Source: Acidobacteriota bacterium
GTDB lineage: Bacteria; Acidobacteriota; Polarisedimenticolia; JACPZX01
Length of the DNA: 64,000 nt
NCBI GenBank assembly: GCA_016195325.1
Contig: JACPZX010000016.1
Coordinates: forward strand, 8,703 to 72,702
Direction of reading: 5' to 3'
The position numbers and the translations under genes were made by a program. Below the pieces are notes generated by a model that was not told the origin of the DNA, did no database searches, and saw nothing but the letters and a program-made list of their open reading frames with translations. How positions within the stretch are numbered: position 1 is the first letter of the stretch; each line of letters opens with the position of its first letter. Positions 35,402-45,725 of this stretch are shown here, piece after piece.

Positions 35402-38368
35402 TCAGTTCTGGGTCTGCCCCGAAAAGAAGGGGAACGGCGCGGGGCAGCGACGGATCACGACGCGCTCGGCCCCGGAGGAGGCGTACCCGGGACTGCCCTC
35501 GTTCCCCTCTTCGGGGGTGACCGCGGGGTTCACGGTCAGCGTGGAAACTTTCGTCATGACGTACACGAACGCCGTTCCGGGAAGCGGCGTCGCGGTGTCC
35601 ACCGCGTGCGGCGTAGCCACCCGCTCGAAGCAGTCCGCGTCGGCGAGCGACGTCGAGCCGTCCAGCGTGGCGCGATAGACGTGATAGGCACCCTGCCCCG
35701 CCTCGGCCTTCCATCGAAGATCGATCCCCGGTGTCCCCTGCGCGCTCCCGTCGTACACCTCGACGCCGGCAATGAGGCCGTCGTCCCCGTCGCAGGCGTC
35801 CCCTGCGCCGTCCGCGTCCCGGTCGTGCTGGTTGGGGTTCGCGGCGGTGGGGCAGTTGTCGAGGGCGTTGGGGACACCGTCCCCATCAAGGTCCGGATCG
35901 GAAACGTCGGCGATGCCGTCGTTGTCGTCGTCCGGATCGCAGACGTCTCCGAGCCCGTCCCGATCGTTGTCGGCCTGGTCGACGTTGGGCGTCGCCGGGC
36001 AGTCATCGCCGGCATCCCCGATGCCGTCCCCATCCGCGTCGGCCTGGAGCGGGTTGAACGCCGCCGGGGCGTTGTCATCGGGGGAGCACCAGCCGTCCTG
36101 GTCGGCGTCGTTCATCGCGTCGGCCGGGCAGAAATCGCACGCGTCGCTGATGCCGTCCCCGTCGGCGTCGGCGAGCCCCGGGAGGGCGCGGGCGTCGCAG
36201 GAATCGAGGACCTGGAAGTCGTCGACGCCGGCCTCGGTCACGTTGTCCTCGTTCCCCGTGTTGTTGTCGGAATCGCTCGCCAGGAACCGGACGCCGACCG
36301 AGGATGGGCGCGCGAGGACGGTCTGCACCGATCGATTGACCTCGCGCCACCGGGGTGTCGGCGGGGGAAGCATGTAATCCTGCTCGGGGATCCCGTCCTC
36401 GAGCGGAAACCAGGTCGCGAAGTAGTCCGTCGAAGCGTCCACGTGCCAGCGCTGCCTGGACGGGTAGGCTGAGTACCACGAGAAGTACGAGATCACGGGA
36501 TGGTCGAGGTTCGAGATGTCGTAGAGCTGGGTGCGGAGCGTCGTCCTCCCGTGCTTCACGTCGGCGCTCACCGCGCCCCCGCCGGGCTCGCCCTGGCCGG
36601 TGACGAATGCCGTGCTGCCGCTCCCCGGAGTGTGATCGTCCTCCGGCTGCGAGGGGTCGCCCCAGTACAGGTGCGTGCCGATGGGATCCACGCGCTCCCA
36701 GGCGCCGTGCATCGCCGAATCGTCGTTGAGAGGGTTGACGAGCCACCCGGGATCGCTCTCCATGTCGAAGGCAAGGTACGCGGGAGCCAGGCTCAGGCTC
36801 ACGCTGGCCGGCCGCTGCGGCGTTGCTTCGACTTCCTCCGAGACGGGGGTGAACCCGAGCTTCGCGGCGCGCAGGGTGTAGACCCCTCGCGGCACCCGCG
36901 GCAGGGAGAAGATCCCGGCGGCGTCGGAGGTCGCCGAAAGAGCGGTGCCGGCGACGGTGACTTGCGCCCCTTCGAGCGCGTCTCCCGACGCCGTCGTCAC
37001 GACCCCCGAGATCGAGCCCGCCGGAAGCGGCGTCAGCTCGATATCGACCGTCTTCCGCGGCCCGACCGCGGCCGTCGTCGAGACGAACCGCCCCCTGTAA
37101 CCCTGCGCGATGGCGCCGAGCGTGACCGGCCCCGGATCGGCGTCGAGGGCGTAACGGCCCCCTTCATTCGTCGACACGGGCCGGTTCTCGCCGATCCGGC
37201 GCACCGAGGCCCCCGGGATCGGCAGCCCGCTGACGGCATCCCGCACCGTTCCGGTGAGGATGCCGTACTGCCCCGTGAACGAAAGGACGAAGAGGCCATC
37301 CTCGTAGTCGCTCATCAGGATGTTCCCCGAGGGGAGGTACGGGTACACGCCGCGGGTGCCGGGGGGGACGTTCTGGTCGTCGCCGACCTCCTCCGGCGGC
37401 ATCTGGTCGTAGAAGCCGACCTCGACGGGCATCGTCGGGTCTGCGATGTCCACGATGCGCAGCCCGTCCTCGGTCCACGCGCAGTAGGCGAGATCCCCCT
37501 TCACGCGGACGTCGCGGATCGACGTGTGGAAGCGATGATCGGAGTTGGGGCCGACGAAGCTCGACACCCTCGACGGCGCGTTGGGGTTCGACACGTCGTA
37601 GATCGAGAGGTATCCGCCGCCGTCCTTGCGAAAGTCGGCCGCGAGGAGATGGCGGCCGTCGTCGGTCACGGTCACGTTCCAGGAATATCGAAGGGGCTCC
37701 GGAAGGGTGCTGAGCACGGTGGGCCGCGAGCGGTTCGTGATGTCCAGGATCTGCACGTTCCCGTCGTAGACGTTCGACGAGAATAGGAGGTTGCCGCGCA
37801 CGTGGCTCGCGTAGGTCGGGATCGGGAGCGGGATCCCGGCAAACAGGCCGAGGTCCACGGGATGGATCGGGTCGGCGAGGGAGATCTCCTTGACCCCTCC
37901 CGTGCCGCCGGCCCCGAGCCCGCTCACGAAGATCCGATCCTGCGAGTCGACGAACAGGGTGTCCCCGGAGTTGAAGGACTGCGTGTACGTGCCGACGAGG
38001 CTCACCGTCCCGGGGAGCCCCGCGAGATCGATGATCTGGAGCCCGCCAGGGTCGCTGTACACCCTCCCTGAGCTGTAGGCGTAATGGCCCGCGGTCCTCA
38101 CGTCCCGGAGATCGAGGCCGACCGCGGTCCCCGAAACGTACGCGCGCTCCACGGGATTGTCCGGGTCGGTCACGTCAACGACCATCGTCCCCGTGTATTC
38201 GCCGAGCAGGGCGTACTCGCGTCCCGCGGCCGCGTATCCCCAGATTCCCGCGTACTCGGCGTGCGGGGCGAGGCGCGAGTGGAAAATCACCCTCTTCGAA
38301 CTCTGCGCCGCTGCCGGGGCGGCGAACCCGATCAGTGCCATCGCCAGGATCGCGAGCGTTCGTCTCAT
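35402..38368 (-). CDS. Large secreted protein: LVIVD-repeat beta-propeller, two CarboxypepD_reg-like domains and a thrombospondin type-3 Ca-binding repeat array
   Basis: ATG at 38368 gives signal peptide MRRTLAILAMALIGFAAPAAAQ. About six LVIVD-type repeats (…YAYSSGRVYSDPGGLQIIDLAG…). A TSP3-like D-x-D-x-D-G-x-x-D-x-C-D array (DADGDGISDACD…DADGDGIGDAGDDCP…DNDRDGLGDVCDPDDDNDGI…DLDGDGVPNALDNCP) is also visible as DNA-level repeats at ~35750-36200. Confidence 0.75.
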   Translation of the reverse strand: MRRTLAILAMALIGFAAPAAAQSSKRVIFHSRLAPHAEYAGIWGYAAAGREYALLGEYTGTMVVDVTDPDNPVERAYVSGTAVGLDLRDVRTAGHYAYSSGRVYSDPGGLQIIDLAGLPGTVSLVGTYTQSFNSGDTLFVDSQDRIFVSGLGAGGTGGVKEISLADPIHPVDLGLFAGIPLPIPTYASHVRGNLLFSSNVYDGNVQILDITNRSRPTVLSTLPEPLRYSWNVTVTDDGRHLLAADFRKDGGGYLSIYDVSNPNAPSRVSSFVGPNSDHRFHTSIRDVRVKGDLAYCAWTEDGLRIVDIADPTMPVEVGFYDQMPPEEVGDDQNVPPGTRGVYPYLPSGNILMSDYEDGLFVLSFTGQYGILTGTVRDAVSGLPIPGASVRRIGENRPVSTNEGGRYALDADPGPVTLGAIAQGYRGRFVSTTAAVGPRKTVDIELTPLPAGSISGVVTTASGDALEGAQVTVAGTALSATSDAAGIFSLPRVPRGVYTLRAAKLGFTPVSEEVEATPQRPASVSLSLAPAYLAFDMESDPGWLVNPLNDDSAMHGAWERVDPIGTHLYWGDPSQPEDDHTPGSGSTAFVTGQGEPGGGAVSADVKHGRTTLRTQLYDISNLDHPVISYFSWYSAYPSRQRWHVDASTDYFATWFPLEDGIPEQDYMLPPPTPRWREVNRSVQTVLARPSSVGVRFLASDSDNNTGNEDNVTEAGVDDFQVLDSCDARALPGLADADGDGISDACDFCPADAMNDADQDGWCSPDDNAPAAFNPLQADADGDGIGDAGDDCPATPNVDQADNDRDGLGDVCDPDDDNDGIADVSDPDLDGDGVPNALDNCPTAANPNQHDRDADGAGDACDGDDGLIAGVEVYDGSAQGTPGIDLRWKAEAGQGAYHVYRATLDGSTSLADADCFERVATPHAVDTATPLPGTAFVYVMTKVSTLTVNPAVTPEEGNEGSPGYASSGAERVVIRRCPAPFPFFSGQTQN

Positions 38369-38616
38369 GGCCTCACCCCCACTCGCCTCGCCGGTCGGGA
38401 GAGCGGCGGGCGAACCGGCCGAATTGTGACTCGAGAAATCGAACGGATGCGGAAAGCTCCGGAGCGAGCGCCTAGCGTGCGACACTTACCGTGAGCCACG
38501 ATACGCGTCAAGGGGAATAATTGCCACCGACCTGCTGCCGTAGCAGCAAGCCTGGCGGGCACGAGGGAGGCCGCCCGCCCGATCGAGCTTCGACCGGGCG
38601 GGCGACGGTTCGGGAG

Positions 38617-40431
38617 CTAGACGCTCACGATGTCGTAGTGTTCGTGGTGCAGCGACGGATCGGGCTTGATGACCAGCTCCGTGCCGTTCCGCGAGCCGAG
38701 CCCCTCGAGGAGCACCCCCCTCTCGAGCTCCATCTCGGCCGCCACCTCGGGGTTCGCCCGGATGACGAGCTTCTTGCCGTCCATGCTCGGCGCGAGGCGG
38801 CGGATCTCCCGCTGGACCTCGAAGAGCACGGTCGGGTTCGACTTCACCTTCCCGGTGCCCGTGCAGTACGGGCACGAGCGCGTGAGGAGCCTCTCGAGAG
38901 ACTTCTTCGTGCGCTGCCGCGTGATCTCCACGAGGCCGAAGTCGCTGATCTGGAGGACCTTCGTGCGGGCGCGGTCCTTCATCAGCTCCTTCTCGAAGGC
39001 CTCGTTGAGCTTGCGCCGGTTCTTCCGGTCCTCCATGTCGATGAAGTCGACGACGATGATGCCGCCGAGATCGCGGAGCCTCAGCTGCCGCACGATCTCG
39101 CCGACCGCCTCGAGGTTGGTCTTGAGGACCGTCTCCTCGAGGTTGCGCCGGCCGACGAACTTCCCGGTGTTGACGTCGACCGCGACGAGCGCCTCGGTCT
39201 GGTTGATGACGATGTAGCCGCCGGACTTCAGCCACACCTTGCTCTTGAGCGCCTTGTCGAGCTCGGCCTGGACGCCGTACTTGTCGAAGACCGGCAGCTC
39301 CTCGTCGTAGTAGTGGACCTTCTTCACGTCGGCCGGATCGAAGAGGCTCAGGAAGTCGACGGCCTGCTTGCGGGCCTTCGGGCTGTCCACGACGACCTTG
39401 TTGACCCCGGCGTTGAAGTGGTCTCTCAGGATCCTGAGGAGCGGGTCCATCTCGGCGCGCACGAGCGCCGGAGCGACGACCTTCTCCGCGTTCTTGCGGA
39501 TCTCCTCCCAGATGCCCGTGAGGAACTTGACGTCCCCCTCGAGCTCCTCCTTGCCGGCGCTGTCGGCGACGGTGCGGATGACGAAGCCCAGGCCGTGCTT
39601 GCGCGCCTTCTCGACCGCCTTCCGGAGGCGCGCCCTCTCGCGGGCGTCGCCGATCTTGCGGCTCACGCCGACGTGATCGACCTGCGGCATCAGAACGAGA
39701 AAGCGGCCCGCGATCGTCACGTAGCTCGTGATGCGCGCGCCCTTCGTGCCGATCCCCTCCTTCGTGACCTGCACGAGGAGCTCCTGCCCTTCCTTGAGGA
39801 GCGCCTGGATCGGCGCGCGGCGGTCGGGCTTCGGGACGTCCTTGCGGATCTCGTCCCCTCCCTCGACGTCGTCGAGGTTCAGCGGCCCCTCGTAGTCGTC
39901 GAACCCCGGCGAGATGTCGCTCACGTACAGGAACGCGTCGCGCTCCAGGCCGATGTCGACGAACGCCGACTGCATGCCGGGGAGGACCTTGGAGACCTTC
40001 CCCTTGTAGACGTTGCCGACGACCCCGGGCGCGTTCTCGCGCTCGATGAAGATCTCGGCGAGCGCCCCCTTCTCGAGGATGGCGATCCGGGTCTCGCGCG
40101 ACGTGTCGTTGACGACGATCGTGCGCTCCGGCCCGGCGCTCTTCAGCCGGCGCTTCTGCGAGCGGCTCGGCTCGGGCTCGTCGAGCTCGGCCTCCACCTC
40201 GACCACGGGCCGGGGCTCGATCCCCTCGTCCCCCTCGGCCGGCTCGGGGAGCAGCTCCAGCACCGGCGTCGAATCGTCGGGCTCGAGCGCCTCGATCGGA
40301 ATGGGCTGCTCTTCGGTTCCGTTCTCCCCGTTGCCGGGAGCCTTCTGCGAGGTTCCCGCCGGGCTCTTTCCACCACGACCGCGCCCACCGCGGCGGCCGC
40401 GTCTTCTTCTTCTCTTCAATTCACCAGACAT
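38617..40431 (-). CDS. rng: Ribonuclease E/G family endoribonuclease with an Arg/Lys-rich N-terminal extension
   Basis: The ATG at 40431 gives [21 protein letters not shown]…. An S1 domain (VGNVYKGKVSKVLPGMQSAFVDIG) and the RNase E/G catalytic core follow, ending in the Zn-link CPYCTGTGKVKS. Its position after mreBCD-mrdA-rodA matches the conserved mre-rng neighbourhood. Confidence 0.85.
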   Translation of the reverse strand: MSGELKRRRRRGRRGGRGRGGKSPAGTSQKAPGNGENGTEEQPIPIEALEPDDSTPVLELLPEPAEGDEGIEPRPVVEVEAELDEPEPSRSQKRRLKSAGPERTIVVNDTSRETRIAILEKGALAEIFIERENAPGVVGNVYKGKVSKVLPGMQSAFVDIGLERDAFLYVSDISPGFDDYEGPLNLDDVEGGDEIRKDVPKPDRRAPIQALLKEGQELLVQVTKEGIGTKGARITSYVTIAGRFLVLMPQVDHVGVSRKIGDARERARLRKAVEKARKHGLGFVIRTVADSAGKEELEGDVKFLTGIWEEIRKNAEKVVAPALVRAEMDPLLRILRDHFNAGVNKVVVDSPKARKQAVDFLSLFDPADVKKVHYYDEELPVFDKYGVQAELDKALKSKVWLKSGGYIVINQTEALVAVDVNTGKFVGRRNLEETVLKTNLEAVGEIVRQLRLRDLGGIIVVDFIDMEDRKNRRKLNEAFEKELMKDRARTKVLQISDFGLVEITRQRTKKSLERLLTRSCPYCTGTGKVKSNPTVLFEVQREIRRLAPSMDGKKLVIRANPEVAAEMELERGVLLEGLGSRNGTELVIKPDPSLHHEHYDIVSV

Positions 40432-41510
40432 CGCATTCTCACATTCAGGACCAGCCCGAGCGCCCCGACAGACGTGACGAGGGACGATCCTCCATAGGAC
40501 ATGAGGGGCAGCGGGATGCCGGCCGTCGGCATCAACCCGAGTATCACCCCGATATTGATAATTATCTGCGACCCCAGCAGCGCGGCGACGGTCATGCACA
40601 GGAAGAGCCCGAGTCTGTCCCGGGCGGCCCTGGCGCTCGCCACGCAGCCGTAGAGCAGAATACCGTAGAGCAGCAGCGCGGAGGCCGTGCCCGCGAAGCC
40701 TATCTCCTCGGCAAGGACCGAGAAGATGAAATCTGTGTGCCTGTCGGGAAGGAAGTTGAGCTGGGCCTGGCTGCCCTCGCCCAGTCCCTTCCCGAGCAGA
40801 CCGCCCGATCCCACAGCGATCCGCGATTGGAGCACCTGCCAGCCGACCCCTTTCGGATCGAGCCCGGGCTCCAGGAAAATCATCACACGCTCCTTCTGAT
40901 AGGGCTTGAGGAGAAGCCAGAACGCGGGGACGCAGAGAACGCCCAGGAGCATCACCGCGATGATCGTCTTCCAGCGCACCCCCGACAGGAAGACCGCCAC
41001 CCCCAGGAGAGGGAAGAACGGCAGCGTGCTTCCCAGATCGGGCTGCATCAGGATGAGCCCGACCGGGGCCGCGACGATCAGCCCCATCCCGGCGAGGATT
41101 CTCGGCGTCAGGCCGAAACCCTGCCGGGACGCGGCGTAGGTCGAGAGCAACAGGGCCGTCGTGAACTTCGCCGCCTCGGCCGGCTGGAAACGCACCGGCC
41201 CGAAGGCGAGCCACGAGTTCGATCCCCTCACCTCGGTCCCCGCGACGAGCACGATGGCGAGGAGAACGAGGCTGCCGAGCCAGAGCGGCAGCGAGAGGTT
41301 CGACCAGATCTGGTAAGGGACCGCGACGACGAGGGCCAGCACCGCGAGCGCCGCCGCGCATGAGTACGCCTGCTTGCGGAAGGGCTCGTGGTCCTCGTAG
41401 ACGGTGGCGGTGTAGACCATGAGCAGACCGAGGGTGATGAGGGCCGCCATCGCGCCCAGGAGCGCCCAGTCAAAGCGCCCGCGTGGCGGTGCCTGCAGGA
41501 CCAACCGCAA
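40416..41510 (-). CDS. rodA: Peptidoglycan glycosyltransferase RodA (SEDS family)
   Basis: 364 aa with ten TM helices and FtsW/RodA/SpoVE motifs; located downstream of the PBP2 gene. Confidence 0.9.
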   Translation of the reverse strand: MRLVLQAPPRGRFDWALLGAMAALITLGLLMVYTATVYEDHEPFRKQAYSCAAALAVLALVVAVPYQIWSNLSLPLWLGSLVLLAIVLVAGTEVRGSNSWLAFGPVRFQPAEAAKFTTALLLSTYAASRQGFGLTPRILAGMGLIVAAPVGLILMQPDLGSTLPFFPLLGVAVFLSGVRWKTIIAVMLLGVLCVPAFWLLLKPYQKERVMIFLEPGLDPKGVGWQVLQSRIAVGSGGLLGKGLGEGSQAQLNFLPDRHTDFIFSVLAEEIGFAGTASALLLYGILLYGCVASARAARDRLGLFLCMTVAALLGSQIIINIGVILGLMPTAGIPLPLMSYGGSSLVTSVGALGLVLNVRMRCLVN

Positions 41511-43365
41511 CCTCCGTCGTCGCGGGATGGCCGGGGGCCTTCCGCGTCTTGTCGTAGTAGATCTGGAGCACGTCCTTCGCGATCGGCGCCGCGGCGTCCC
41601 CGCCGTGGCCGCCGTGCTCCACGAGGATCGCGAAGGCGACCTCGGGTGATGAGTAGGGCGCGAAGCCGACGAACCACGCGTGATCGCGCTGCTCGGGCGG
41701 GAGCTCCAGCTCGTTCTTCACGCCGACGGAGGCCGCGACCACCTGCACGGTCCCCGTCTTGCCGCAGATGTCGAAGCCCTTGATGAGAGCCCTCGTCCCG
41801 GTGCCCGCCTCGTGGACGACGCCCCACATCGCGCGCCGGATGACGGCCAGGGTCGACTCCGAGAGCGCCTCCCCGTGCGGCTCGGGAAGGGAGCCCGTCC
41901 CCATCTCGCCGCCGAGCCGGAAGGTCGGCGACACGAGCCGGCCGTCGGTGGCCAGCGCCGCCTCGGCGATCGCCTGCTGGATCGGAGTCACGAGGATCGG
42001 CCCCTGGCCGATCGAGACGGAGATCGTCTCGGACGGGTACCAGCGATCGTGGTAGACGCGCTGCTTCCAGGTCTCGTCCGGGACGAGGCCGGGCTCCTCG
42101 GTCCCGAGGCCCAGTCCCGTCGGGCTGCCGAGCCCGAACCGGCGGGCCATCGCGGAGATCTTCTCGATGCCGAGCCGCTTGCCGACGTTGTAGAAGAAGA
42201 CGTCGCACGACTTGATGATCGCCTCGTTCAGGTCGACCGCGCCGTGCCCCTTCTTCTCGTGGCAGTGGAAGATGCGCCCGTAGAACTCCGCCTGCCCGGG
42301 GCAGAAGAAGGTCGTCGAGGGGTCGATGACCCCCGCCTCGAGCGCCGCCGCGGCGACGATCATCTTGAACGTCGAGCCGGGTGAGTACGACGACTGCGAC
42401 GCGCGGTTCTGCAGCGGGTGCCCCGGATCCCCGATGAGGGCCCGCCACACCGTCCGGTTCAGCCCCGTGACGAAGAGGTTGGAGTCGTACCCGGGGCGCG
42501 ACGTGAGGGCGAGGATCTCGCCGGTGCGCGTGTTGAGGAAGACGGCCGCGCCGGCCCTGTCGCCGAACGAAAGGTCGAGGCGGCGCTGCATGTCGAGATC
42601 GATGGAGGTCCGAATGTTCTCACCGGGCTGCGGGAGGTTCCCCGAGGGAAGCTCCCCCACCTCGCGGCCCACGCTGTTCACGATGACGTCGCGGTACCCG
42701 CGCCGGCCCCTGAGGCTCGAGTCGAAGTACCGCTCGAGCCCCGCCTTGCCCACGAAGTCGCCGCGCCGCGCGTCGGGGACCCTGCCCGTCGACAGATCGC
42801 TCGCGGACACCTCGCTCACGTAGCCCACGAGGTGCGCGCCGCTCGCGCCACCCTCGTAGTAGCGCCGATCGTCGATGCCGATCGAGACACCGGAGAGCTC
42901 CGAGCGCCGGGCTTCGACGTAGGACACGGTGCCCAGATCGACGTCCTCGGCGAGGACGATCGGCTCGTACTTGAACCGGCGCGCGGCCGCGCGGTAGTAG
43001 ATGCCCGCGATCTCCTGGGGGGTCCGGCGCATCACCGGCGAGAGGATCGAGAAGGCCCGGGTGAGATCGCGCCCCTTCTCGCGATCGAGCACGACGCTGA
43101 ACGAGAGGCGGTTCCTGACGATGACCTGCCCGTTCCTGTCGAGGAGCGCCCCCCGCGGCGCGGGCACGTCGAGATGCCGGACCCGGTTCTCCTCGGCCAT
43201 CGTCCGGTACTTGTCGCTCTCGACGACCTGGAGGTACCAGAACGCGAAGAGGAAGCCGACGAGGACGGCCGCGAAGACCCACCACAGGACGGCGATCCGG
43301 GCCGAGAGGGTCTGCTCCTCGACGTGCTCCTGGAAGCCTTTCGTGTGGCGGAAGTTCTGGGTCAA
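41470..43365 (-). CDS. mrdA: Penicillin-binding protein 2 (elongasome transpeptidase)
   Basis: N-terminal TM helix, dimerisation domain and transpeptidase motifs STFK (GSTFKMIV), SCD and KTGT. Confidence 0.9.
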   Translation of the reverse strand: MTQNFRHTKGFQEHVEEQTLSARIAVLWWVFAAVLVGFLFAFWYLQVVESDKYRTMAEENRVRHLDVPAPRGALLDRNGQVIVRNRLSFSVVLDREKGRDLTRAFSILSPVMRRTPQEIAGIYYRAAARRFKYEPIVLAEDVDLGTVSYVEARRSELSGVSIGIDDRRYYEGGASGAHLVGYVSEVSASDLSTGRVPDARRGDFVGKAGLERYFDSSLRGRRGYRDVIVNSVGREVGELPSGNLPQPGENIRTSIDLDMQRRLDLSFGDRAGAAVFLNTRTGEILALTSRPGYDSNLFVTGLNRTVWRALIGDPGHPLQNRASQSSYSPGSTFKMIVAAAALEAGVIDPSTTFFCPGQAEFYGRIFHCHEKKGHGAVDLNEAIIKSCDVFFYNVGKRLGIEKISAMARRFGLGSPTGLGLGTEEPGLVPDETWKQRVYHDRWYPSETISVSIGQGPILVTPIQQAIAEAALATDGRLVSPTFRLGGEMGTGSLPEPHGEALSESTLAVIRRAMWGVVHEAGTGTRALIKGFDICGKTGTVQVVAASVGVKNELELPPEQRDHAWFVGFAPYSSPEVAFAILVEHGGHGGDAAAPIAKDVLQIYYDKTRKAPGHPATTEVAVGPAGTATRAL

Positions 43366-43832
43366 ACGGCTTTCTCTCTGCGAAGAAGTTGGAATGCGGT
43401 CCAGCCGACGGCCGTGTTGCCAAGGATGCCGGCGAACAGTTCAGGGAGGGGCGGAAGGACGAGTTGCCTTCCCATCACGACGAGGGTCAGAAGGTCCAGA
43501 AGCCTCACGGCGAGTGTCCCGCCGGCGATCACCAGGAGCTGGGAGAGCGGTCTGGTGAGGACGAATCGATTTCCGGCGGCTCCGACCACGTAGCCCGTGA
43601 GCCCTCTCGCCACCGAAGCGGCTCCGAGGAGGCTCCCCGTCAGGCTGTCCTGCACGATTCCCACTCCGGCGCCAATCAGCAGCGCCGCGACGGGCCCGCG
43701 GTCGAGGCCATAGTATAGGACCACGAGCAGTGGAAGATCAAAGAAGATGGCGCTCGAGGGCCAGAGCGACGAGACGAAGAGTTGCCCGAAGAGCGTCCCC
43801 AGCAGCGCCAGACCTCCCCAAACCCACGTCAC
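43362..43832 (-). CDS. mreD: Rod shape-determining protein MreD
   Basis: ~156-aa polytopic membrane protein in the mreC-mreD-mrdA order. The GTG start overlaps the mreC stop (GTGA), and the stop overlaps the mrdA ATG (ATGA). Confidence 0.75.
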   Translation of the reverse strand: MTWVWGGLALLGTLFGQLFVSSLWPSSAIFFDLPLLVVLYYGLDRGPVAALLIGAGVGIVQDSLTGSLLGAASVARGLTGYVVGAAGNRFVLTRPLSQLLVIAGGTLAVRLLDLLTLVVMGRQLVLPPLPELFAGILGNTAVGWTAFQLLRREKAV

Positions 43833-44653
43833 GGCTGGATTTCTCCCTGGCCCTGGTCGGGGTTGACGCGCGTGAGCACGAGGAGTTCCTCGAGCCTGTC
43901 GAAATCGACCCTGGGGACGACCGTCACGATCCGCATGAGCCCTCCCCCCGCCCGGACCTCGCCGACGACGCCGACCGGGAGACCGCGGGGGTAGATCCGG
44001 TCGAGTCCCGACGTGAGGAGGAGATCGCCCGTGCGCACGTCGTCGATCGTGGAGACGTAGCGGAGCTCGAGGAGGGGATCCCCCCTGCCCATCAGCACCC
44101 CCTGCACGCGGGTGCGCTGCACGAGCACGGCGATGCCCGCCGAAGCGTCGGTCAGCAGCTGCACCTTCGACAGGCTCGACCCGGCGGACCACACGCGGCC
44201 GACCACCCCCTGCGAGTTGATGACCGGCATGTCGGCGACGACGCCCGAGCCGGTGCCGCGGTCGATGAGGCACGTCTTCGTGACCGAGCGGAAGGAGTTG
44301 GCGACGACGGTGGCCGCGACCGTGGGGACCGGCAGGCTCTGCTTCAGATCGAGGAGGGCCCGAAGCCTCGCGTTCTCGAGCCCCTCCTCCTCGAAGCGCT
44401 GCCGCTGCAGCTCGAGCGCGGCGATCCGCTCCTCGAGATCGCGCACGCGGCTCGGGCTCTCGGCGCCCGTCACGGCGCTGACCGCCTCGGCGGTCCCCGC
44501 GACGGCCAGGTGCGCCCCCCTGAGGAAGGGCGAGGCCGTGCGCAGGAGCAGCCCTTCGACCCTCGAGAGAGGTCCTCCCCGCACCTGTCCGGCCATGAGC
44601 CCGAAGAGAGCGACCAGGACGATGACGAGGACGACGGCGGGCCGGCGACTCAT
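43829..44653 (-). CDS. mreC: Rod shape-determining protein MreC
   Basis: 274 aa with an N-terminal TM helix, a coiled coil and MreC beta domains (…VINSQGVVGRV…). Confidence 0.85.
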   Translation of the reverse strand: MSRRPAVVLVIVLVALFGLMAGQVRGGPLSRVEGLLLRTASPFLRGAHLAVAGTAEAVSAVTGAESPSRVRDLEERIAALELQRQRFEEEGLENARLRALLDLKQSLPVPTVAATVVANSFRSVTKTCLIDRGTGSGVVADMPVINSQGVVGRVWSAGSSLSKVQLLTDASAGIAVLVQRTRVQGVLMGRGDPLLELRYVSTIDDVRTGDLLLTSGLDRIYPRGLPVGVVGEVRAGGGLMRIVTVVPRVDFDRLEELLVLTRVNPDQGQGEIQP

Positions 44654-45703
<1,050 letters not shown>

Positions 45704-45725
45704 TCAAGGAAGACGGCGCGGCCCT

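Noticed and set aside
38486-41361. ORFs 38486-39235 (-), 38521-40497 (+, 658 aa) and the 914-aa frame 38617-41361 (-)
   Set aside because: The true RNase E/G CDS starts at ATG 40431. Upstream the frame runs through rodA out of frame. The plus ORF is antisense.
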